Positions 5,908 to 13,939 of a DNA stretch of 26,108 nucleotides are shown in pieces. The DNA is from a virus. Its lineage: Duplodnaviria; Heunggongvirae; Uroviricota; Caudoviricetes. Location of the stretch: IMG/VR virus record IMGVR_UViG_3300033463_000062, positions 1-26,108 of that record; one strand, given 5' to 3'. The translations under genes were made by a program, and so were the position numbers. The stretch's first letter is position 1, and each line of letters starts with the position of its first letter. The notes beneath the pieces were generated by a model. It saw nothing but the letters and a program-made list of their open reading frames with translations, was not told the origin of the DNA and searched no databases.

Positions 5908-8679
5908 TTGAGTAAATCCGTTTACATTGCAGGACTTGACGCAAAAGACATACACATAGCGAATATGCTCTCGCCGGACAGAGGCTACGACTACCGTGAC
6001 TCTAACGGGCGGCTCAACACCCGTCGCTTTCTGTGCTCTTTGGATTATTCCCTCGACCAAATCAAGCTCAGAGAGATATACGAGAAAGTTTGCCGCAGAA
6101 CGGACTTCTCTTTCCGCATCAACCGCAAGTGGTATTGCACGCAGGTCATAAACGTCACTTTCAAATACAGCGTTTGTGAATTCAACCAGTGCGGGACAAA
6201 CCGCTTCGTAAAGTACGGTCATAACGGACGCAACCTTGCGTTCGAAGACTGCGTTTGCCTGTATAACGGAGAGCTCATCGGAATTCAGCTTGACATGCCC
6301 GTGGCAAATCCTATTTCGCCCGATTTGCTCGGAAGGTATTTCAAGTTTGAAAACGGCGTCTACAAAAAAGCCAGAAGCCCCAAGACCCTCATCAAGACTT
6401 CGGCTTTGCGCAAACAGCTCTACGATAACGGCTTTATGGCAGGCGGGATCCACTACGTCCGTTGGAAGCGTTCGGCAGGAAGCTCCCGTGTTGGCAAGTG
6501 CCTGTTCATCAACGAGCGCCTGTATGACAGGATGCACCGGTGGGAGATGTGCGGCATCCACGTCAAAGAAGGCGATACCATAGACCTTGCGGCTTTGGAG
6601 TCGTACATCAGTCTTACATCGTCTTCGATCATCGACACCCTCGAGTTGGAGCCGAAGAACATTCTCGTTATTGACGATGCTGAATCGTGTTTCACTGAAC
6701 CACAATTCAGTGTGTCGGTGTTCGAGAAAAACGGAAAGCTTCAGGCGGAGAAAGCCGACTGTCAGATAAAGAACAGTATCTGGGACGGGCAAGGCTTTAT
6801 TGACCGCGAAGCAATGGGCAAATACCGTGACCGCGGAATGATATTGCTGCGGAATAAATTCTTTAAAAGCTGCTGCTTCAACTGCAACCTTCAGCAGTTC
6901 TTCGCAGACCACGGCATCACGGAAGTCTCGCAGTTAAACGGATACACTCAGGCGGAGCGCGTAGAAGACATCAAGCTTGTCGTAACCCGCTCCTCAATAA
7001 AGTATTTCAAGTTCGGAACGCTCGAGCAATGGTTGGCTAATCTGGAATTCATCTATGGAATAGTCAAACACGAAAAACCGACGCACTTCTTCGGCGGGCA
7101 AATGGTTCAAACCCACTACCAGCTTTTGAACACCATTCAGATGACAGAGTCCGACGTTTGGCAGTTCCTTAAGCCGACGTTCGACTACGTTGAACTGCTC
7201 AAAACTAACCCCGCGGTGCTCCGCCACCACATCAAATACCCCATTGTCGGAGACGAGGTCGAGTTATCCCCCCTGCAAACGAAAAACGATGTTATATGGA
7301 AGCTTATGGGTATAACGGATAAGTTCACCGAGACGCGCCTGTATAATGAGTTTAAAAATGAGATTATTCGGGCATACTTAAAGAACGTAAGGCTCGGTCA
7401 CGTTCTGGTCAACGGCAATTACTCCACAATGGTCGGCAACCCTCTCGAAATGCTCTACGCAATCATCGGGCAGTTCGACGGGCAGAGTATGCTCGGCGTC
7501 GGCAATATCCACACCAAGTGCTTCGAGTACGGCAAGACGCTTATCGGCTCCCGCAGCCCTCACGTCTCAATGAGCAACGTGTGGCTCCCGCGGAACGTGG
7601 AGTGCGAGGAGCTCGACCGCTACCTCAATATGACGAACGAGATCGTCGCGGTCAACTCAATCGGCGAGAGCACGCTCGACAAGCTCAGCGGATGCGACTT
7701 CGACTCGGACACCGTGCTTCTGACGGACAACGAGTTTTTGATTAAGGCGGCGCAGAAGTGGTACGGCAAGTTCCCTATCGCTCTGAATAACGTCGCGGCG
7801 GTCAAGACCAAGAGAGCCTACACTAACGAGCAGAAAGCCGAGCTCGACATCAAGACCGGTAATAATCTCATCGGAGACATAATCAACCTCAGCCAAGAGC
7901 TCAATACGAGAATTTGGGACGAGCTGAACAGCGGCGCGTCTTTCGACGAGGTGTTCGGTATATACCTTGACGTGTGCAAGCTCAACATAATGTCCTGCCT
8001 TGAGATAGACTCCGCAAAGAAGGAATTCAATATCAGCAACTCCAAAGAGCTTGCGGAGCTCCGCCGTAAGTACGAGTTGTTGGACGACGCGGGCAAAAAG
8101 ATAAAGCCCAACTTCTTCGCAGCGAAAGACAAGGGCAAAGGCTATTACGTTCCGCATAAGAAGAACTATAAGCGCCACGACACCACAATGGACTACCTCG
8201 AGCACTGTGTAAACCGATTCGCCTTACAGTTGTCCCGTAAGTTTAACAGAAAAAACTATACACTATTTTCCGCAATCCTGACGCTCACGGAGTACGACAG
8301 GAACTGCGCGTCAAAGTACGCCGTGCGCAGATGCGTGTCTATCGTGCGCGGAATGCTCGACGCTATCAAGTCTGTGTATTCGTCCAACCTCGACAATCAG
8401 GATAAGTTCAAACTGTATAGCGACATGCGCCAAGACTGCAACGAGTATATCGGCAGAATGAAATTCAACCCCGACACAATGATATACTTTTTAAAGACCA
8501 TAGAGGGCGAGCGGTATAAGAACATCTACAACACGATATTCTACACGCTGTTCGGCTACCCGAATACGATGTTCTACGAGGTCGTATTAAATTCGGCTAA
8601 TCCGATACGCAATCTTATATCTGCCGAAGACGGAGACATCGTCCTGTATGGAAAACGATACAAGGAGGAAATACTATAA
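5908..8679 (+). CDS. yonO: YonO-like single-subunit DNA-dependent RNA polymerase (two-barrel family related to eukaryotic RdRP), 923 aa
   Basis: RSAGSSRVGKCLF, SIWDGQG, GSRSPH and LSGCDFDSD (D597-F-D599-S-D601, nt 7696-7710) catalytic aspartate triad; SPbeta-like synteny with HU, phosphoesterase and head genes; TTG start. Confidence 0.88.
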   Translation: MSKSVYIAGLDAKDIHIANMLSPDRGYDYRDSNGRLNTRRFLCSLDYSLDQIKLREIYEKVCRRTDFSFRINRKWYCTQVINVTFKYSVCEFNQCGTNRFVKYGHNGRNLAFEDCVCLYNGELIGIQLDMPVANPISPDLLGRYFKFENGVYKKARSPKTLIKTSALRKQLYDNGFMAGGIHYVRWKRSAGSSRVGKCLFINERLYDRMHRWEMCGIHVKEGDTIDLAALESYISLTSSSIIDTLELEPKNILVIDDAESCFTEPQFSVSVFEKNGKLQAEKADCQIKNSIWDGQGFIDREAMGKYRDRGMILLRNKFFKSCCFNCNLQQFFADHGITEVSQLNGYTQAERVEDIKLVVTRSSIKYFKFGTLEQWLANLEFIYGIVKHEKPTHFFGGQMVQTHYQLLNTIQMTESDVWQFLKPTFDYVELLKTNPAVLRHHIKYPIVGDEVELSPLQTKNDVIWKLMGITDKFTETRLYNEFKNEIIRAYLKNVRLGHVLVNGNYSTMVGNPLEMLYAIIGQFDGQSMLGVGNIHTKCFEYGKTLIGSRSPHVSMSNVWLPRNVECEELDRYLNMTNEIVAVNSIGESTLDKLSGCDFDSDTVLLTDNEFLIKAAQKWYGKFPIALNNVAAVKTKRAYTNEQKAELDIKTGNNLIGDIINLSQELNTRIWDELNSGASFDEVFGIYLDVCKLNIMSCLEIDSAKKEFNISNSKELAELRRKYELLDDAGKKIKPNFFAAKDKGKGYYVPHKKNYKRHDTTMDYLEHCVNRFALQLSRKFNRKNYTLFSAILTLTEYDRNCASKYAVRRCVSIVRGMLDAIKSVYSSNLDNQDKFKLYSDMRQDCNEYIGRMKFNPDTMIYFLKTIEGERYKNIYNTIFYTLFGYPNTMFYEVVLNSANPIRNLISAEDGDIVLYGKRYKEEIL

Positions 8680-8852
8680 CGGCAAACCGTGATAAAAAAG
8701 AATACTTGGTGGACGACACCAAGTTTGTGGTTAACAGAAAATTCACAAACGGCAACAAAAAATTCGACGTGTATTGCGACTTTATTATAAAAAAGCAAAA
8801 GCGCTTGTGTTATAATGAATGTCGCAAAAGAGTGCCGGAAAGGAGTATATGA
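8676..8852 (+). CDS. small TnpW-like protein (58 aa, probable ATA start)
   Basis: AGGAGG 7 nt before ATA. Reads (M)TANRDKKEYLVDDTKFVVNRKFTNGNKKFDVYCDFIIKKQKRLCYNECRKRVPERSI. Overlaps the RNAP stop (ATAA) and the recombinase start (ATGA). TnpW similarity is a recollection-level match. Confidence 0.55.
   Translation: MTANRDKKEYLVDDTKFVVNRKFTNGNKKFDVYCDFIIKKQKRLCYNECRKRVPERSI
8808..8816 (+). promoter_or_regulatory. extended -10 promoter for the serine recombinase
   Basis: TGT-TATAAT about 30 nt upstream of the ATG; no clear -35. Confidence 0.5.
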
Positions 8853-10504
8853 ACAAATATATCTACGCCGACACATATTCCAGATTGTCAAAAGAAGAAG
8901 CCAACAAAGCTGGCGAATCCCAAAGCATCGAAAACCAAAAGCTGATAATGCGTCAGTATTGCAAGAGCCACAATATTATTATTGTGAAGGAGTTCGTTGA
9001 CGACGGGTACACGGGAGCCACGTTCGACAGACCCGACTTTCAGAATATGCTCAAGCATCTGAACGAAGGCAAAGCGAACGCGGTGATCACGAAAGACCTG
9101 TCTCGGCTCGGGCGTAATGCGAGCGAAGCTTCGTACTACGCGGAGGAGTATTTCCCCGAGCACGATATTCTCTACCTTGCAATATCAGACAACTTCAACA
9201 GCGAGGACGTGAACCCGATGTCGTCATTCCTATTCGCATATAACGAGTTCTTTTTGCGAGACACCTCGAAAAAGATAAAGACCTCGTTAAAGGCGAAAAA
9301 GGAAAATGGCGAATACTGTTGCTGCCCGCCGTATGGTTACATGAAGGACAAAGACAAGCGGGGTCACCTCGTGCCAAATCCCGAAACGGCTCCAGCGGTG
9401 CGACGAGCCTTTCAACTTATATCAAACGGTATGTCCGCAAGGGCGACTGCGATGCAGCTTACGGCAGAAGGCTTCGTCACCCCGTCGGTTTACTTTCTGA
9501 GGAACTCGCCCAAGAAGGCAAAAGCCTCTCCCGACTGGAACTCGACCACCGTGCAGCGAATGATCAAGAACGAAACCTATATCGGAAACACCGTTCTCGG
9601 CAAAAGCTTCAAGGTGAGCTACAAGTCCAAGAAGAAGAAGCAGATCCCCGAGGATGAATACATCCGTCACCCGAACACCCACGTCCCTCTCGTCTCAAGA
9701 GAAGTGTTCGACGCGGCTAACCGCAACATTGGATACAACACGAGAGACTGGAGAAAGAACCCACACCTGCCCGTCAGACAGAATATCTTCAACGGAGTGG
9801 TGTTCTGCAGTAAGTGCGGAAGCGCGATGTGCAGCGGAGGAGGTCAGTACAAAGGCTCGAAAGAGAGATACTGGTATCTGTCCTGTACCCACATCACGAG
9901 CAAGAAGAAACGGTGTGAGGGTGGTGCCCGTATCAAATATTCAAGTCTATGCCAAGTCATAAAGAACGAGTTGAACAGTATCCTCGCTTTGACCGACGAA
10001 GAGATGAAAGACATAACGCGTGCGGCAGTTGAGCGGTCACGTTCCTCCAACGACTATTTCAGCAGCGACGACTACTACGGCTCGTTGCAGAAAAAGTCTG
10101 AGGTGTTGATACAGTCGATGCAGAAGCTGTATAACGACTTGGCGGCGGGAGTCATAACACCCGAGCTCCACAGTTCTTTGATAGAGCGAACGAGAAAAGA
10201 GTATGAGACCTTGCAAGAGCAATTGAGAGAGGGAGAAAGCCACGAAGACCAGGGCGATGACGTCGAGGAAGCGTATAAGAACTTCTTTAGCTTGGTAAAA
10301 AGCACGTCGCAAGTTGAGGAGCTGACCCCCGAACTGATACGCACGTTCATCCAGAGAATTGAGATTGAGCCGAGAGTTTTGCCGCCGGGGTATCAGATTG
10401 CGATGCCGAGCGTCCCTTGCACGCAGACAATCACCATTTATTATAGATTTATAGGAAACTGTGATTTTTCGACCGCTAATTTGTGCGAAATCACCAACGA
10501 CTAA
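8849..10504 (+). CDS. large serine recombinase (resolvase + recombinase + Zn-ribbon + DUF4368-like tail), ~551 aa
   Basis: YSRLS catalytic motif, SIENQK, DDGYTG...DRPDF, KDLSRLGRN, PPYGY, CSKCG Zn ribbon, C-terminal ITIYYRFIG. Start moved to ATG 8849 (AAAGGAG RBS). Confidence 0.93.
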   Translation: MNKYIYADTYSRLSKEEANKAGESQSIENQKLIMRQYCKSHNIIIVKEFVDDGYTGATFDRPDFQNMLKHLNEGKANAVITKDLSRLGRNASEASYYAEEYFPEHDILYLAISDNFNSEDVNPMSSFLFAYNEFFLRDTSKKIKTSLKAKKENGEYCCCPPYGYMKDKDKRGHLVPNPETAPAVRRAFQLISNGMSARATAMQLTAEGFVTPSVYFLRNSPKKAKASPDWNSTTVQRMIKNETYIGNTVLGKSFKVSYKSKKKKQIPEDEYIRHPNTHVPLVSREVFDAANRNIGYNTRDWRKNPHLPVRQNIFNGVVFCSKCGSAMCSGGGQYKGSKERYWYLSCTHITSKKKRCEGGARIKYSSLCQVIKNELNSILALTDEEMKDITRAAVERSRSSNDYFSSDDYYGSLQKKSEVLIQSMQKLYNDLAAGVITPELHSSLIERTRKEYETLQEQLREGESHEDQGDDVEEAYKNFFSLVKSTSQVEELTPELIRTFIQRIEIEPRVLPPGYQIAMPSVPCTQTITIYYRFIGNCDFSTANLCEITND

Positions 10505-10579
10505 ATGTAATTCGACATCCATTGACCTTGATGTGAAACATCATCTAAAAGAAAGGCACTCTTTTGCATTATATTGTAT

Positions 10580-10600
10580 GAGCCAAAGGCTCTTTTTTTT
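10580..10600 (+). terminator. intrinsic terminator after the recombinase
   Basis: GAGCC-aaa-GGCTC plus T8. Confidence 0.6.
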
Positions 10601-10603
10601 ATG

Positions 10604-11084
10604 CAAAAATTTACAAAAAAGAGGGCATTTTTATCCCCCGCTTTTGAGAACTTGGCTTAAATACTGGGGATTGAGGGTAATTTGGGATGGACTATAGGAG
10701 AGGATAGTCAACTCGGTCGGAACGGAGACCTTAAACCCGTTTCCAACGGGTTTGCGATGAAGCGAATGACGGGGTCGGTATCCGCACGGGCGCAGAGCTT
10801 TGTATAGGGTTAGAGAGTATCCGCAGACCGACTTAGGCGAAAGCCGAAAGAAAACTTTCAAAGTGCCATTTTAAAAAGTGCCGGTGGTGGCGAATCTCCC
10901 CTCCTGCCGTGTCATCACCTCCCACACGGTTGCCACCACTTGCACCCTTTCACTTTAGCACGCTAAAGTGGCACGACTCAAAAATTTACAAAAAATGACC
11001 CTTTTTTATCCCCACCATTTCGCAACTTGGCTTATTTGCTGGGGTTTGATGGTTATTCGGGATGGACTATAGGAAGAGTAGTCA
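10604..11084 (+). repeat. ~106-bp imperfect direct repeat x2 (10604-10710, 10979-11084)
   Basis: Identical blocks CAAAAATTTACAAAAAA, TTTTTATCCCC, AACTTGGCTTA, CTGGGG, GGGATGGACTATAGGA and TAGTCA, separated by variable spacers of almost equal length. Confidence 0.92.
10711..10978 (+). ncRNA. candidate structured RNA between the repeats
   Basis: Stems AAACCCGTT/AACGGGTTT, GGGTCGGT/ACCGACTT, GGC-GAAA-GCC, a 16-bp stem 10878-10893/10930-10945, and CCGTGT/ACACGG; G-U pairs favour the plus strand. Confidence 0.55.
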
Positions 11085-11237
11085 CGAATTGACAATATTT
11101 GACATTAGTCGGGTCTCGGTGTTATCGGGATCGCGTCAAGGGAAGAGGGAAAGAAATTTTGATTGGGCGAATCAAAATTTCTTTGAAAGCGGCAAGCCGC
11201 ATGGAATTCGTGCTAATCAAAAATAAAATTTAAGGGA

Positions 11238-11426
11238 GTGATAAGTATAATTCAAATCACAAAAGAGGAAAGCTTGAAAATGAGGGAACGCTTTCCGAAA
11301 GTATCAATTACGATTACAAGCAGACAGACGAGTCACAAAAAGTATTATATGGAGGAAGCGTCCGTCTATGTCAAGTATCTGAATAAAATGCGTGAAGAGG
11401 AGATGAAGACGTGGACGAAGAAATAA
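11238..11426 (+). CDS. small phage protein (62 aa)
   Basis: AAGGGAG RBS, GTG start, overlaps the next gene; first gene of the late operon. Confidence 0.7.
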   Translation: MISIIQITKEESLKMRERFPKVSITITSRQTSHKKYYMEEASVYVKYLNKMREEEMKTWTKK

Positions 11427-12613
11427 GACGCTACCCCGGTGAAGAAGAAAACCAGTTTATTTTTCGCGTATGCCAACATAAAGATGCAATCGGTTCGTGG
11501 CAAGACGTAGCCGACCTGCTGAACAACGAACTCGGACACAATTATTCCGAAAGCACATACCGCAAGAAATTCGAGGCGTTTGAAATTATGTATAACGCAA
11601 ACATCAACAAGCTGGCGAATACCGACGCCGTCGACAAACTTCGCCAACTGAAAGAAGAAATCAAAGAGGAGCGTTACAAACTCCAAGCGCTGAACCTTGC
11701 CAACAACAGAAACCTTCGCCAGAAAAGCAGAATAGACCTTTTCTGCGAACAGGTAGGAGACAGACTCGAGGCGATACCGTTCGAACCGCTGTTAGAGGAA
11801 ATCCCCGCGGCGAAGAAAATGGATGACGAGTGGGTTCTCACGATTGCCGATATTCATTACGGCGCGAAGTTCCAGACTGCGACAAACGAGTATTCAAGAG
11901 AGGAAGCAAGAAGACGTTTTTCTACTCTTCTCGGTAGAGTGACACAGTATGCGCTCGAGCAAGACATCCGCGAGATGAACGTGGTATGTCTCGGTGATAC
12001 CATACAGGGACTGCTCCGCTACACAGACCTCAAGCTCAACGAGGCTCCCGTGGTCGATTGCACGGTTGAGGTCGGCGGACTCATAGCGGGGTTCCTTGAC
12101 GGACTCTCAAAGGTGTGCCGCGTCAACTACTATCACGTGCCGACGGCGAACCATTCTCAGACGCGCCCTCTCGGAAGCAAGGCTTCGGAGATCGCGACGG
12201 AAGACTTGGAGAAAGTCGTTGTTGCTATAATCACGTCCGCACTTAGAGATAACGGTAGAGTTACCGTAAGTTCTAATTCGGGCAACGATAGAATCGCGTT
12301 CAAAGTTGCAAATTTCAATTGTGTGGCAACACACGGACATACAATCAAGAGTGTCAGAAAAGCCATAAAGGACATATCGACGAAAGACAGAATGTTCTAC
12401 GACTATATGTTTGTAGGGCACTACCACGACGGCGGAGAGATTGCCGCCGGTGAAGACGAAAGTCATAATGTCGAAGTTCTTGTTTGTCCGAGCATAGTCG
12501 GAACAGACCCTTATGCAGATTCTCTGCTCCTCGGGTCAAAGGCGGCTGCGAAGCTGTTCAGGTTTGACAAAGAGTTCGGACACGTTGGCGACGAATTATT
12601 TATACTCAATTAA
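11411..12613 (+). CDS. calcineurin-like metallophosphoesterase (YonJ-like by position), 400 aa
   Basis: DIHYG, LGDTIQG, ANH, THGH and VGHYH motifs match the DxH/GD/NH/H/GHxH set. Confidence 0.88.
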   Translation: MDEEIRRYPGEEENQFIFRVCQHKDAIGSWQDVADLLNNELGHNYSESTYRKKFEAFEIMYNANINKLANTDAVDKLRQLKEEIKEERYKLQALNLANNRNLRQKSRIDLFCEQVGDRLEAIPFEPLLEEIPAAKKMDDEWVLTIADIHYGAKFQTATNEYSREEARRRFSTLLGRVTQYALEQDIREMNVVCLGDTIQGLLRYTDLKLNEAPVVDCTVEVGGLIAGFLDGLSKVCRVNYYHVPTANHSQTRPLGSKASEIATEDLEKVVVAIITSALRDNGRVTVSSNSGNDRIAFKVANFNCVATHGHTIKSVRKAIKDISTKDRMFYDYMFVGHYHDGGEIAAGEDESHNVEVLVCPSIVGTDPYADSLLLGSKAAAKLFRFDKEFGHVGDELFILN

Positions 12614-12626
12614 GGAGGATATTAAG

Positions 12627-12923
12627 GTGATTAAGGCTGATTTAGTCGCTCGCATTGCGGACGAGTGCGGAACCACACAGGTTGCCGCTGAAAAATGGGT
12701 AAACGCCATTTTCAACATTGTGGGCGAAGTATTAGCAGAAGGGCAAGACATAGTCATTGTTGGTTTCGGAAAGTTCCGTATCCTTCCGACGCCGGAAAAG
12801 AAAAGTAAGAACCCGATAACCGGAGAAATGGTTGTAACGCCTGCGGGGTATCGAGTAAAGTTCGTACCGGCGGACAGGATAAAGAAAGGATTGAACCACA
12901 TCGGCTTTGTCTCATTTGACTGA
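12627..12923 (+). CDS. hup: HU/IHF-family DNA-binding protein (98 aa)
   Basis: KADLVARIA...IVGFGKF...KNPITGE...VKF; AAGGAGG RBS before GTG 12627. Confidence 0.92.
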   Translation: MIKADLVARIADECGTTQVAAEKWVNAIFNIVGEVLAEGQDIVIVGFGKFRILPTPEKKSKNPITGEMVVTPAGYRVKFVPADRIKKGLNHIGFVSFD

Positions 12924-13927
12924 TGCAGAAAGTTAAACCGATAACGCCCGAAGACCTTGAGGGCATAAACGACTTCAACCGATTTATAATGGAGGACTTC
13001 CTGACGAACTCAACGGAACTCTCCCCGAAATCGTTGAAAGTGTATAGGTCAAATTTACAAATCTGGTTCTGGTGGGTCAAGAATAATCTTGGCAACAAGT
13101 CAGAATTGGATATCAAGCCTCTTGACTACAAGAGGTACCAGAACTGGCTGGTGAATAGGGATTGTTCGAGTTCGGACGTTAATATCAAGCGTGCTACGAT
13201 AAGCTCTTTAAACAAGTATATCGAAGTCTATTACGCTGATGATTACCCTATGTTTCATAATTTCATAAACGCCAGTATTCCGCGCCCTGCAAAGAACGTG
13301 GTGCACGAAAAGAAGCCGCTTAAGAAAGAAGAATTCAAGCATCTTGTTGATGAACTGACTCGGCTTGAGAAGTGGCAACAGCTCGCCTACCTACTGTTTA
13401 CGTTTGACACAGGGTGTCGGAGGGCGGAAAGCAGACAGCTTTTGAAAGAGGTCGTAACCTATGCTCCCATAGAAAAGGTTAAGGTTACGCAGGACGAAAA
13501 CGGCAACGACGTCGTTCATCGCGTTGTGATGTATTCAACGCATCCGATACGGTGCAAAGGCAGAGGTGCTGCGGGTAAGGTCAGACGTCTCACGTTTGGC
13601 GAAGACGCTATGCAGGCTATTAAGAAATGGCTTGAAGCGAGAGGTAAAGACGACTGCCCGTATGTGTTTGTTTCAAACGTCAACGGCAAAATGCAGCAAG
13701 TCAGCGATACGTGTTTTAATGGATGGTGTAAGGGTTTTGCAAAAATCGTCGGTCGTGAATTTCACCCGCACAACATTAGACACACGAGAGCGACAATGGC
13801 AGCCGTTGAGGAAGGCATAGACGCGAAGGTCGTTCAGAAGCTGCTCGGTCATGAAAGCGTGACAACCACGGAAACCTCATATATCGTCCGCGAAGAGTCG
13901 GAAGACTTAGACGATTTGTTTGAATAA
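12923..13927 (+). CDS. tyrosine recombinase/integrase (334 aa)
   Basis: TGCRRAE (R), KGRG (K), HNIRH (HxxR), LLGH and C-terminal Y: full catalytic set. Confidence 0.93.
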   Translation: MQKVKPITPEDLEGINDFNRFIMEDFLTNSTELSPKSLKVYRSNLQIWFWWVKNNLGNKSELDIKPLDYKRYQNWLVNRDCSSSDVNIKRATISSLNKYIEVYYADDYPMFHNFINASIPRPAKNVVHEKKPLKKEEFKHLVDELTRLEKWQQLAYLLFTFDTGCRRAESRQLLKEVVTYAPIEKVKVTQDENGNDVVHRVVMYSTHPIRCKGRGAAGKVRRLTFGEDAMQAIKKWLEARGKDDCPYVFVSNVNGKMQQVSDTCFNGWCKGFAKIVGREFHPHNIRHTRATMAAVEEGIDAKVVQKLLGHESVTTTETSYIVREESEDLDDLFE

Positions 13928-13939
13928 GGAGGTGACTGC

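Noticed and set aside
5854-6912. 352-aa minus-strand ORF, and others such as 7657-8205, antisense to the RNAP
   Set aside because: Fully overlap a motif-bearing gene; no RBS or motifs; typical shadow ORFs from codon bias.
5908-8679. Reading the polymerase as a eukaryotic or viral RNA-dependent RNA polymerase
   Set aside because: Bacterial signals and SPbeta-like synteny point to the DNA-dependent YonO class, though template specificity is untested here.
10690-10710. GACTA...TAGTC, resembling group I intron P7 (R/S) elements
   Set aside because: Only ~9 nt between the halves, no room for P8, no other core elements and no interrupted gene.
11089-11127. Tandem TTGACA hexamers as a sigma-A promoter for the late operon
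   Set aside because: Neither has a credible -10 at 16-18 bp (best is TATCGG).
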